This document shows, in pieces, positions 54,961 to 63,987 of a stretch of 64,000 nucleotides of DNA (its first letter is position 1; each line of letters begins with the position of its first letter). This stretch comes from an uncultured Candidatus Saccharibacteria bacterium (lineage in GTDB: Bacteria; Patescibacteriota; Minisyncoccia; UBA6257; GWB1-50-10): NCBI GenBank assembly GCA_964356375.1, contig CAYHGT010000003.1, positions 554 to 64,553 on the forward strand. The letters are read 5' to 3'. Under the pieces are notes generated by a model. It did not search any database. It saw only the letters and a list, made by a program, of their open reading frames with translations, and was not told where the DNA came from. The position numbers were made by a program, and so were the translations under genes.

Positions 54961-54970
54961 GGGGGGGGGG
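54961..54970. repeat. Homopolymeric G tract (G10) about 20 bp upstream of the pilin-LamG gene ATG
   Basis: A run of ten consecutive G at 54961-54970 in a genome otherwise devoid of long homopolymers. It lies in the promoter/5' leader of a surface-adhesin-type gene. Confidence 0.8.
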
Positions 54971-54989
54971 TATCCCCTCAAAAGCTCCC

Positions 54990-56312
54990 ATGCATGATAT
55001 GGCTTTCTTACGCACCTCTCCACATAGTTTCACGCATGCAAAAGGCTTCCCCCTTCGACTTTGCTCAGGGTTAACCCTTCGACAGTTCAATAAACTCACC
55101 ACAAGCAACGCTCAGGGTAAAACCCTAGAGAAGGGTTTTACCCTCGTAGAGCTCCTTATCGTCATAGGCATCCTCGCCATCCTCTCTGTGGCTGTCGTAG
55201 TAGTCCTAAACCCTGCAGAGCTCATCAAACAATCAAGAGATTCAAGTAGAATGTCTGACTTTGCAGCCATCTCTACCGCAATGAGCCTCTATACCATAGA
55301 TCAACCAGGAGGCTTCACAGGTTCTTCAAGCATAGTATATGTCTCTATCCCTGATACCTCAAACACATGTGCGAATCTAGGTCTCCCTACCCTCCCCACA
55401 GGATACTCCTATGCATGCTCCTCTACCTCCACATACAGGAAGGTAGATGGCACAGGCTGGATGCCTCTCTCCCTAAGTAGTATGGCAACAGGAGCTCCCT
55501 TCTCTGTCCTCCCCATTGACCCCGTAAATACCACCTCATCAGGCAACTACTATACATATACCCCGAGTGGTCAGAAATATGAGGTTGCTACCCCTTTTGA
55601 ATCAGCAAAATACAAGCTAGGAGGCTCTGCAGACAGAGCATCTATGGATGGAGGCATCTATACAGGTCTCTATGAATCAGGCTCCTCCCTCACGCTTGCC
55701 CCCATTGATTATGGAGACCCATCTCTAGTGGGATATTGGACATTCAATGAAGGAACGGGAACCAAGGTCTATGATTACTCGGGCCACAACGCGAGTGGGA
55801 CGTGGCAGGGAACCCTCGGTTCCCAATGGACGGGAGGCAAGGTGGGGGCATACGCGGGGAATTTTAATGGGACAGATAATAGTGTGGCTATTCAGTACAG
55901 AAATATTGGGGAAACTTTGACATATTCACTTTGGACAAATGTAGCTACTACATCAGTGCAGATAGTTTTTAGTTTTATGAACACAGCGCTTCGAATAAAT
56001 TCTGGTAATTTAGCGACGACATTTTTTCCAAATGTTACGGCAGGCACCACATATAGTGCAAATTATACGTTTACTATCGGAACCTGGTATCACATTGTGG
56101 TTACTCAAACCGGTTCTACTATCGCAACATATATCAATGGAACAAGCTTAGGAAGCCAAACTGTGCAGCCGGTTAGTACGGGAAGCACCTCAAATGCTAT
56201 TGGCTCTTACGCCAATGCGTCGTTTGCTAATGATATCATTGACGATGTCCGCATCTACAATCGCGCACTCTCCGCTTCCGAAATCCTCGCGCTCTACAAC
56301 GCCACGAAATAA
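54990..56312 (+). CDS. Type IV pilin-like protein (class III prepilin signal) fused to a C-terminal LamG / concanavalin-A-like lectin domain
   Basis: Prepilin peptidase site KG|FTLVELLIVIGILAILSVAVV with Glu+5. C-terminal ...GTWYHIVVTQ...DDVRIYNRALSASEILALYN is characteristic of LamG-type jelly-roll domains. The 47-aa leader implied by the 54990 ATG is atypically long, so the true start is uncertain. Confidence 0.65.
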   Translation: MHDMAFLRTSPHSFTHAKGFPLRLCSGLTLRQFNKLTTSNAQGKTLEKGFTLVELLIVIGILAILSVAVVVVLNPAELIKQSRDSSRMSDFAAISTAMSLYTIDQPGGFTGSSSIVYVSIPDTSNTCANLGLPTLPTGYSYACSSTSTYRKVDGTGWMPLSLSSMATGAPFSVLPIDPVNTTSSGNYYTYTPSGQKYEVATPFESAKYKLGGSADRASMDGGIYTGLYESGSSLTLAPIDYGDPSLVGYWTFNEGTGTKVYDYSGHNASGTWQGTLGSQWTGGKVGAYAGNFNGTDNSVAIQYRNIGETLTYSLWTNVATTSVQIVFSFMNTALRINSGNLATTFFPNVTAGTTYSANYTFTIGTWYHIVVTQTGSTIATYINGTSLGSQTVQPVSTGSTSNAIGSYANASFANDIIDDVRIYNRALSASEILALYNATK

Positions 56313-56367
56313 GACCGATTCTCTGCGGTGTTCGCCATTCTCGCATTCGAAATGTATAATTGGATAT

Positions 56368-57048
56368 ATGGCAAAAGCAGTAATTATTTACGGACCTCCG
56401 GGGTCGGGAAAGGGGACTCAAGCAGATTTGTTGGCAAGAAAATTTAATTTTATCCATCTTGATACGGGACGATATCTTGAGGGTCTTTTTCGTTCACCAA
56501 AAGCAAAGACGGATCCAACATTAAAACGCGAAAAGGCTAATTTTGATTCTGGAAGATTGTGTACGCCAGAATGGGTTTTGAAAATTACGCGAGAAGAAAC
56601 GGAGCGCATCGCAAAAGCGGGATATAATCTGGTTTTTAGTGGTTCGCCGCGCACACTCTTTGAGGCGTTTGGTGACAAAAAAACCAAAGGACTTTCGGAT
56701 ACGCTTATAAAGTCATTCGGAAAAAACAATGTGTCTGTGGTATTGCTTGAGGTGCGTGATGCAACATCCGTGAAACGCAATAGTCATCGCGTAGTGTGTT
56801 CGCAGTGCGGACTTCCAAAATTGGAAAGTGTAAAAATTCCGCACTGTCCGTTATGTGCGGGACCTATGCGCACGCGTTCTTTGGATAATCCCGAGATTAT
56901 AAAAGTACGCCTCAAGGAATACAGAGACCGAACCTATCCGATTGTGGCGCAAATGAAAAAGAAAGGATTTTCAATATCAAAAATTGATGGAGAGCCGTTG
57001 CCATACAAAGTTTCGGATAAAGTAGTGAAGGCATTAAAGCTTGGATAA
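56368..57048 (+). CDS. adk: Adenylate kinase (long form with zinc-ribbon LID)
   Basis: AVIIYGPPGSGKGTQA P-loop; LID domain CSQCG...CPLC. Start set at MAKAV (56368) rather than the overlapping upstream ATG of the track ORF. Confidence 0.88.
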   Translation: MAKAVIIYGPPGSGKGTQADLLARKFNFIHLDTGRYLEGLFRSPKAKTDPTLKREKANFDSGRLCTPEWVLKITREETERIAKAGYNLVFSGSPRTLFEAFGDKKTKGLSDTLIKSFGKNNVSVVLLEVRDATSVKRNSHRVVCSQCGLPKLESVKIPHCPLCAGPMRTRSLDNPEIIKVRLKEYRDRTYPIVAQMKKKGFSISKIDGEPLPYKVSDKVVKALKLG

Positions 57049-57054
57049 TAAAAA

Positions 57055-57819
57055 ATGAAAGTACGGCTTAAAGACGAAAACGACATAAAATTAATGCGCG
57101 TGTCGGGCAAGATTCTCGCACATACAATTGCGGAACTTGTGATTGCATCAAAAGAAGGTGTGCAACTTTCTGTGCTTGATGCACTTGCGCGCAAACTTAT
57201 TTCTGAAGCGGGCGCGACACCGACATTTTTGGGTTATACCCCAGAGGGCGCAACAAAGCCGTATCCTGTGGCGCTCTGCGCGTCAGTCAATGCTCAAATT
57301 GTGCACGGCATTCCCGGAAACTATATTTTGAAAAGTGGTGACTTATTTTCCATTGATTTGGGCGTGACATATAAGGGTCGGATAACTGATTCGGCTGTCA
57401 CAATTGGTATTGGAAAAATAAGCGATGAGGCCAAGTTGCTTATGAGAACAACGGAGCTTTCTTTGGAGAGAGCCATCAAAGAATGTGTGCCCGGGAAGCA
57501 TCTGGGGGATATTGGCTATGTGATAGGAAACACCGCTAAAAATGCCAATTTTCGCGTAATTCAAGGCCTTACTGGACATGGTGTGGGCTTCGAGCTCCAT
57601 GAGGACCCTAGCGTTTTTAACTATGGAACGAGGGGCGAGGGGTTGAAGCTTGTACCTGGACTTGTAATAGCAATTGAGCCAATGTTCTCTGTGGGCTCAC
57701 AATATGCGGTAGCTATGCGCGATGGAAGTTACGAAACGAAAGATGGAAGTTTAAGCGCTCATTTTGAACACACAATAGCCATTACGGAACACGGACACGA
57801 GGTACTCACGGAACGATAA
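57055..57819 (+). CDS. map: Methionine aminopeptidase type I
   Basis: Pita-bread fold metal ligands (D..D..H..E..E pattern: FSIDLGV, TGHGVG, HEDP, AIEPM, EHTI); 254 aa; adk-map synteny. Confidence 0.9.
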   Translation: MKVRLKDENDIKLMRVSGKILAHTIAELVIASKEGVQLSVLDALARKLISEAGATPTFLGYTPEGATKPYPVALCASVNAQIVHGIPGNYILKSGDLFSIDLGVTYKGRITDSAVTIGIGKISDEAKLLMRTTELSLERAIKECVPGKHLGDIGYVIGNTAKNANFRVIQGLTGHGVGFELHEDPSVFNYGTRGEGLKLVPGLVIAIEPMFSVGSQYAVAMRDGSYETKDGSLSAHFEHTIAITEHGHEVLTER

Positions 57820-57860
57820 ATAAAAAAATAATAAACCCCCGCATAGCGGGGGCTTTTCAT

Positions 57861-58169
57861 TTATGGCGTGAGCGGTTTTCCGTCCAGGTCCTTTCCGACA
57901 AGCGTTCGAGCGATGCCGCCGAAGGTCAGCCAGACGAACCAGCACAGAATTGAAATTGCGAATGCTAATGGCCAAATAAAGCCAAGGGAAAATGTTTCCC
58001 AATCAGTCAACACATTCGGTTTTTTGCCGAAAAAGTGAAGGAAATCAGAAAACCAATTCTTCTTTCGCAGTATATAGATGTACATCCACGCGATATTCCC
58101 ATAGACGATGATGCCCACGAGAATCGCGAGTGTAAGAAGAACGGGATGGTGCAAAAGCGAGTTCATCAA
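57861..58169 (-). CDS. Small two-to-three-TM membrane protein (paralog A)
   Basis: MMNSLLHHPVLLTLAILVGIIVYG... C-terminal ...GKDLDGKPLTP; paralogous to the next gene. Confidence 0.4.
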   Translation of the reverse strand: MMNSLLHHPVLLTLAILVGIIVYGNIAWMYIYILRKKNWFSDFLHFFGKKPNVLTDWETFSLGFIWPLAFAISILCWFVWLTFGGIARTLVGKDLDGKPLTP

Positions 58170-58175
58170 ATCCTC

Positions 58176-58607
58176 CTATTTATCCGACGGTGTTAGCGTC
58201 TTACCCGTGATGAGCTTGAAGAGTCCACCGCAGAAGATGAGCTTGTAAGCCCACTTGAGAAGTAACCACGCATGGTCCAAAATCCATACAATGGCAAAGC
58301 AGACGCAAAACCCAATACCGAGGAGAATGATGACAATCAAAATGGTGACCGCGCCAGTCAAAAAGATTGGCCAGAGCGCACCGATAATAAATGGTTTCCC
58401 ATCGTTCTCCCAAACACCACACATAAAACAGCAAAGGAGTTTTGGAAAGTCAGAGTCGATATCAGGGTCATCATACATTTTAACGAGAGCGAAATATACG
58501 TAGACTTGTCCAATGAATGCATAGATGAGAATCGCAAGAATTGCGAAGATTGGAAAAAGAACGTGATGATGCGACGGATGGAGCAGAATGTCCAATAGCG
58601 AGTTCAT
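58176..58607 (-). CDS. Small three-to-four-TM membrane protein (paralog B)
   Basis: MNSLLDILLHPSHHHVLFPIFAILAILIYAF... C-terminal ...GKTLTPSDK. Shares the N-terminal (MxNSLL..H..VL..I.AIL) and C-terminal (GK.LTP) motifs with paralog A. Confidence 0.4.
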   Translation of the reverse strand: MNSLLDILLHPSHHHVLFPIFAILAILIYAFIGQVYVYFALVKMYDDPDIDSDFPKLLCCFMCGVWENDGKPFIIGALWPIFLTGAVTILIVIILLGIGFCVCFAIVWILDHAWLLLKWAYKLIFCGGLFKLITGKTLTPSDK

Positions 58608-59350
58608 TGAATCCTCCTAATGAATGAGCGACCCATCAGTGGGTCTTTTGCATTTTTTGATTTCTTTTCTGGTGCGAGAACAATGAGACGATGTGTAAAG
58701 CTCGTGTACCATCTCCGCGCACTCCAGAGGCCGTAGGTATAGACCGCGAATTTATCAGTTGAGTTATCCACATCAAAGCAGAATTCAACGAGCCCAACCT
58801 TTCCATTCGCGTAAAGGAACGGGAATAGGGTAGAGCATCCGTCGGAACTCATAAGCAATGATTTGTGCGTTCGCACAAGCTCAACAATTTGATGTTCGCT
58901 CAAGCAAAGTACGCGCGGATTTTTGTGCTTCTTCTTGCACAAAATCTGCGTAAACATTTGTCTGAACGTGGCATCGCACTTCAATTCGTATACATTGGCG
59001 AGCGCAGTTTTGGTAGGCTTTTTACTCGGTGTGTCAGACAGCAACTTGATGTCGCCGTATTTGATATCGAGCAGACTCTTCTTGATGAAAATGTCGTCCG
59101 CGTCTTTGATGACCACGCTACCATCGCAGGCCGGAATGGCCAGCTCCGATAATGAGATGAGCGAGAGCAGTTCAATCTTTTTCACGGCTTTCTCAGCGCG
59201 TGATTGTAGGAGCTTGCCAATCGTGGCAGACAAAGCGACTCGTAAGACGTTCATAGTGCTCCTCCTAAATGATGAAAGTATGTTGTTCTCGTTCCTCGCA
59301 CGATGCGGGGTCTCGAGATGTTTTTTAAAATTCTGCACACATTTTAGCAC
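58604..59350 (-). CDS. Hypothetical protein (248 aa), translationally coupled (ATGA overlap) to the membrane-protein pair
   Basis: ORF with 4-nt overlap to the downstream gene; no recognised domain. Confidence 0.35.
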   Translation of the reverse strand: MLKCVQNFKKHLETPHRARNENNILSSFRRSTMNVLRVALSATIGKLLQSRAEKAVKKIELLSLISLSELAIPACDGSVVIKDADDIFIKKSLLDIKYGDIKLLSDTPSKKPTKTALANVYELKCDATFRQMFTQILCKKKHKNPRVLCLSEHQIVELVRTHKSLLMSSDGCSTLFPFLYANGKVGLVEFCFDVDNSTDKFAVYTYGLWSARRWYTSFTHRLIVLAPEKKSKNAKDPLMGRSFIRRIQ

Positions 59351-59365
59351 AGAAAATTTGCTTCG

Positions 59366-59469
59366 TCAATCCCGTTAGAGATGTCAGAATATCAAAATAC
59401 AAAAGATGCGGTCATCTCAAGCTGTGTTAATAAATGAATGTCTAAAAGACTAATATCTCTAACGGGATC
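59366..59469. repeat. Inverted-repeat mini-element copy C (TCAATCCCGTTAGAGATG ... ATCTCTAACGGGATCAA)
   Basis: Perfect 14-bp terminal inverted repeats; 104 bp; located in the promoter region of the 58604-59350 operon. Confidence 0.55.
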
Positions 59470-59685
59470 AACCCTACTTTTTAAGCTTGTGTGGGTTGTG
59501 ATTCGGACATGCCCACCCACCAACCCGAGTAATACCAAACAAACATTGCGTTTTCATTTTAAGTAGCGCGTTAATAATTTCAAATGATTAGGTTGGTGGG
59601 TGGGCACGCTTTGTTTGAACAGCGTTCGGGAATAGTCTTTGTACCCTCTCCTCCTTCGCTCACACGAGCTTCGGAAGGACTGCGG

Positions 59686-61863
59686 TTATTTTTCTAACGT
59701 ATGAGGATTATGCATTTTACACGCTTTATTACTGCATCTTTCTGGTATTGTCTTTGTGCCCTCCATCATGAGCGAACCGCAGAGCTCGCACTTCTTTCCT
59801 GTGGGACGCGATTTAATAATGAATCTGCATTTCGGATAATTCGCACAACTAAAGAATGGCCCAAAGCGTCCACGGCGCTCTACTATCTCGCCACCACAAT
59901 CGGGACATTTCACACCCGTCTTCCTCTTCTCTTCTTCTTCTGGACTTTGCTTTATATAATGACAGCCATTTTTACCACGCTTCCAATTACTGCACGCAAT
60001 AAATTTTCCGAATTTTCCCTCGCGCTCAAGAAGTTTTCCTCCGCATTCTGGACACAATTCTCCCGTTTCCTTTGGGCCTTCCATAATTGAGCCATCAAGC
60101 TTGCGGGCGCCGAGGCAGGCAGGGAAAAGACGACAACTCAAAAACTTTCCTGCGCGCCCAAGTTTGATAAGCATTGTGCCGTGACTCTCGTCCAATGGGC
60201 ACTTGAATCGCGGGTCCTCGCCAAGCACGGTTACCTTTTCAAGTTTATTTTTTTCCTTTATTTCTTTTGTAAACGGTCCGTAAAACGCTTTTAGAATTTT
60301 GGCGTACTCCTTTTTACCGTTTGCAATATCATCCAGGTCATTTTCCATTTCCGCAGTAAACGAATCACTGATATAGCTTGCAAAATTCTTTTCAAGAAAA
60401 TCACTTACTACTTCACCGGTATCGGTAGGGAAGAGCGCTTTATTTTGTTTTTCAACATATCCACGATCTTGCAGTGTTTTAATAATAGATGCATAGGTAC
60501 TTGGTCGGCCAATATCGCGTTTCTCAAGTTCTTTCACGAGTCCTGCTTCGGTATAGCGCGGTGGTGGTTCGGTCTCTTTACCTTCTGCTTCAATTGATAC
60601 AAGTGTAAGTGGTTCACCTTCCTTGAGCGGAGGTAACTCCACATCTTCACCTTTGGCGCCCGTGTCCGCCAAAAGCCAGCCGGGAAAAAGAACAACATTT
60701 CCATTGATTGAAAAATTTGGAATAGCATCTTTTTCACCAATATTTGCGCTTACTTTGGTGCGCAATACTTTTGCATCTGTCATTTGAGATGCAACGGTAC
60801 GTTGCCAAATTAAATCATAAAGGTGTTTCTGCTCATCAGTCGTTCCCGCACGCTTCGCAGACGGTTTTGTAATACGAATCGCTTCGTGCGCTTCTTGCGC
60901 ATTCTTGCTTCTCGTCACATATTTTCTCGGTGATAAAAACTCCGCACCGTATTGTTTTTCAATAACCGCATAAATATCCGCAAGTGCGAGCTCACTTAAG
61001 TTCACGCTATCGGTGCGCATATAGGTAATATGTCCTGCCTCATACAATTTTTGCGCAATGCCCATTGTACGCGAAGGTGAGAAGCCGAGACGTGAGCTTG
61101 CGGTCTGTTGGAGGGTTGAGGTGATGAATGGCGGTTTTGGCGAACGTTTTGCTTCTGTTTGTTTTATAGATATGATAGACCACGCGCCTTTCTTTGCCTC
61201 AGCAAGAATTGTATTGGTTTCCACCTCATCGCGCGGTTCTTTGTCACACCGAAGTGTAAGTTCTTGATTTTTTTTAGTTTTGAATTGTCCCTCAATTGTC
61301 CAAAAATGTTCTGAAACAAACGCACGAATCTCGCGTTCCTTTTCCATAACAATACGGAGCGCGGGGGATTGTACGCGTCCTGCGGAAAGTCCATAGCGCA
61401 CCTTCTTCCAAATGAGTCCAGATAAATCATATCCAACCAACCTATCAAGCACACGACGCGCTTCTTGCGCCATTCTCAAATTTTCATCAATATCGCGCGG
61501 ATGCTTTATCGCTTCTTGTACCGCGGGTTCCGTGATTTCGTAGAATACCACGCGTTTCGGTTTTTTAAGTCCCACGGCCTCCTTGATATGCCACGCAATT
61601 GCCTCACCTTCACGGTCAGGGTCAGTTGCGAGTAAGACCTCACTCGCTTTTTTCGCGAGCTCCTGGATTTCATGGACTACTTTCTCCTTTCCTTTTGAAA
61701 TTTCGTAGTGAGGAATAAAACCGTTGGCCACGTCAATGGCCTTTTTGTTGCTTTTCGGAAGGTCGCGAATATGTCCTACGCTTGCGACTACTTTGTAATC
61801 GCCCTTCAGGTATTTTTCAATTGTTTTGGCCTTTGCGGGGCTCTCTACAATAACAAGTTTCAT
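59686..61863 (-). CDS. topA: DNA topoisomerase I with C-terminal zinc ribbons
   Basis: MKLVIVESPAKAKTIEKYL Toprim start; active-site Tyr region; three C4 zinc-ribbon repeats at the C-terminus; 725 aa. Confidence 0.95.
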   Translation of the reverse strand: MKLVIVESPAKAKTIEKYLKGDYKVVASVGHIRDLPKSNKKAIDVANGFIPHYEISKGKEKVVHEIQELAKKASEVLLATDPDREGEAIAWHIKEAVGLKKPKRVVFYEITEPAVQEAIKHPRDIDENLRMAQEARRVLDRLVGYDLSGLIWKKVRYGLSAGRVQSPALRIVMEKEREIRAFVSEHFWTIEGQFKTKKNQELTLRCDKEPRDEVETNTILAEAKKGAWSIISIKQTEAKRSPKPPFITSTLQQTASSRLGFSPSRTMGIAQKLYEAGHITYMRTDSVNLSELALADIYAVIEKQYGAEFLSPRKYVTRSKNAQEAHEAIRITKPSAKRAGTTDEQKHLYDLIWQRTVASQMTDAKVLRTKVSANIGEKDAIPNFSINGNVVLFPGWLLADTGAKGEDVELPPLKEGEPLTLVSIEAEGKETEPPPRYTEAGLVKELEKRDIGRPSTYASIIKTLQDRGYVEKQNKALFPTDTGEVVSDFLEKNFASYISDSFTAEMENDLDDIANGKKEYAKILKAFYGPFTKEIKEKNKLEKVTVLGEDPRFKCPLDESHGTMLIKLGRAGKFLSCRLFPACLGARKLDGSIMEGPKETGELCPECGGKLLEREGKFGKFIACSNWKRGKNGCHYIKQSPEEEEKRKTGVKCPDCGGEIVERRGRFGPFFSCANYPKCRFIIKSRPTGKKCELCGSLMMEGTKTIPERCSNKACKMHNPHTLEK

Positions 61864-61882
61864 GAGCGTCTATATATATATA

Positions 61883-62764
61883 TTATGAACGGATTCTAAA
61901 CAAACCACTCTCATCCAATACAATACCATCAAATATAAGCAACGTGAGTTTCTCACTAACGATATGTGGCGGAAGTATAGTGAGTTCAATTATTTTGTCA
62001 ATTGTGAGTGGATCGGGGGATTCTAAAAGGCAACGCGCAATCGCAATTTCATTTTCATCCGTGAGTTCGGTGATACGCGCAACACTTTGTTCTTTTTGTG
62101 GCACATCACTCATCCCTAAGTCCTCCAAAATATCTAAGAAACCAGTGACTAAGCGCGCTCCATCACGAATAAGTCGGTGTGAACCTCGATAGTTTGTATG
62201 GTTCACATTGCCAGGGAAAATGAAGACCTCGCGCCCCTGCTCAACAGCATTGCGCGCGGTTGCAAGCGACCCAGAGCGCTCAGGTGCTTCTATAACTACT
62301 GTGGCGACAGAAAGTCCGCTCACGATTCTATTTCGTTCTAGAAACTGATTCGGATAAGAGGGCGTGCCGTCGGGATATTCCGAAATGATGCATCCACCGT
62401 TTTCCACAATAAGTTTTGCCAGGTGTTCGTGCTGTTTCGGATATACTGAATCAAGCCCATTTGCGAGTATTGCAATTGTCCTTCCTTTTCCCGCGAGCGC
62501 GCCCTCGTGAGCCGATCCATCAATGCCGAGCGCGAGTCCGCTTACGATAGTAAATCCTCGTTTTGCCAATTCTTTTGCGGTTTCATGTGCAATCGCCAAC
62601 CCTTCACGCGTTGCTTTACGCGTGCCTACGATAGAAATACAAATCTCGTCGCGCGCGGGCAACTCTCCGATGTAATGAAGTTGTTCAGGAAAACCAACCG
62701 TTTCTTTGAGAAGTGCGGGGTACTTATTATCATCCGACTGCAACATAAATATACGCGGTTCCAT
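61883..62764 (-). CDS. dprA: DNA-processing protein DprA (Smf)
   Basis: Rossmann-like DprA core (IVSGLALGIDGSAHEGAL...GRTIAILANGLD); 293 aa. Confidence 0.85.
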   Translation of the reverse strand: MEPRIFMLQSDDNKYPALLKETVGFPEQLHYIGELPARDEICISIVGTRKATREGLAIAHETAKELAKRGFTIVSGLALGIDGSAHEGALAGKGRTIAILANGLDSVYPKQHEHLAKLIVENGGCIISEYPDGTPSYPNQFLERNRIVSGLSVATVVIEAPERSGSLATARNAVEQGREVFIFPGNVNHTNYRGSHRLIRDGARLVTGFLDILEDLGMSDVPQKEQSVARITELTDENEIAIARCLLESPDPLTIDKIIELTILPPHIVSEKLTLLIFDGIVLDESGLFRIRS

Positions 62765-63000
62765 TATATATAACCTTGAATTACGAAACTCCTTTTCTGC
62801 TATTTTCCTTCTGTTTCGGCTACAGCCCTGCCTACCGGCAGGCAGGTTTGTGAAAATTCCTCACCAGATTCTGCTTGAATATGCCTCGGAATTTTTACTT
62901 CGCCTCGCCTGAAACAAGAAGAAAAATCATCGGAAGTGAGTTTTGTAAATCAAGGTGTGATAAAATAAGTATACACTACGATTTGTGTGCACACATTCCT

Positions 63001-63531
63001 ATGGACCCGTTTAAAAAAACATTACTGATTGAAAGCGGTATTACAATCGCCATACTCGCGGTTCTTTTATTTAGCATAATGTTTCTTGGCAAAACGATTA
63101 CTGAGTACGGAATCCAGATTGTTTCATTGCGAAATCAGTTTGCCGCACGATCAGGTTCATTGAATGCACTCGCATCACTTCGTTCCCAATATTCTTTGGC
63201 AGTGAGCAAAGATCTACAAATCATGAATAACGCGGTGCCGATTAAAGACCAACTTATTAATCTTACGAAGGAATTTCAATTGCTCTCGTCGCGAAGCGGA
63301 CTCTCATCTTCATTTGCATTTTTGAGCGAATCACCAGCGAGTGGCGCAACGTTTGGCACTATACGGTTTAAGCTTGATGTGAGCGGTAACTTTGGAAAAT
63401 TACTTTCTTTTGTAACAGAACTTCAAAATTTCAAATATCTTTCATCGTTTGATAATTATTCCATTACGCGGACGACTGGCGAAAACGGTCAGCTAAACAC
63501 AAGCGGGCAGATTTATTATAGACATCAATAA
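63001..63531 (+). CDS. PilO-like type IV pilus assembly membrane protein (putative)
   Basis: Start chosen at MDPFKK (63001). N-terminal TM (LIESGITIAILAVLLFSIMFL), coiled-coil segment, C-terminal alpha/beta region. Topology fits PilN/PilO-class proteins; sequence evidence is weak. Confidence 0.3.
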   Translation: MDPFKKTLLIESGITIAILAVLLFSIMFLGKTITEYGIQIVSLRNQFAARSGSLNALASLRSQYSLAVSKDLQIMNNAVPIKDQLINLTKEFQLLSSRSGLSSSFAFLSESPASGATFGTIRFKLDVSGNFGKLLSFVTELQNFKYLSSFDNYSITRTTGENGQLNTSGQIYYRHQ

Positions 63532-63533
63532 CC

Positions 63534-63761
63534 ATGTCTATGGCGCTATTCAAAAAATTACAATCACATATAATGTCGCGGAGGGTATTATTTTCAATAC
63601 TCGCAATTGCGATGATTGTAGGGCTTGGTTTTTTTGTTGTGTATGCAGTCACGTTTCTTGGCGAAAACTTGAATGCAGCGCTTACCGCGGGAACAGCAAA
63701 TACCGCAACAGAAAAGTTTGACATCAAAGGGTTTGAGGCATTAAAGTTACAAAGGCCGTAA
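63534..63761 (+). CDS. Small single-TM protein (75 aa), possibly pilus-assembly associated
   Basis: TM VLFSILAIAMIVGLGFFVVYAV; immediately follows the PilO-like gene. Confidence 0.3.
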   Translation: MSMALFKKLQSHIMSRRVLFSILAIAMIVGLGFFVVYAVTFLGENLNAALTAGTANTATEKFDIKGFEALKLQRP

Positions 63762-63915
63762 TTTCTCGGCATTTTTTGAGACATCGGGCTTGTAGCACTA
63801 AGAAGCGCGCACGCCCATCGTTCGAAGTTTCGCTTCGGGCTTGTAGTGCGAAGACGCACTCACGCCCGTCACTCGGAGAAAATGAATATTGGTATATTCA
63901 TTTTCCTCCTCGCTA

Positions 63916-63987
63916 GGGCGTGTAGTTCAGTGGTAGAACGCTGTCCTGATAAGACAGAGGTCGAAGGTTCGATCCCTTCCACGCCCA
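63916..63987 (+). tRNA. tRNA-Ile (anticodon GAU)
   Basis: Acceptor GGGCGTG/CACGCCC, anticodon stem CTGTC/GACAG with loop CTGATAA, T-loop TTCGATC. Confidence 0.8.

Noticed and set aside
56194-56367. 5' extension of the adenylate kinase ORF overlapping the pilin-LamG gene
   Set aside because: The extension (MLLALTPMRR...) has no Adk similarity. The conserved Adk N-terminus begins at MAKAVIIYGPPGSGKG (56368), so the upstream ATG is a longest-ORF artefact.
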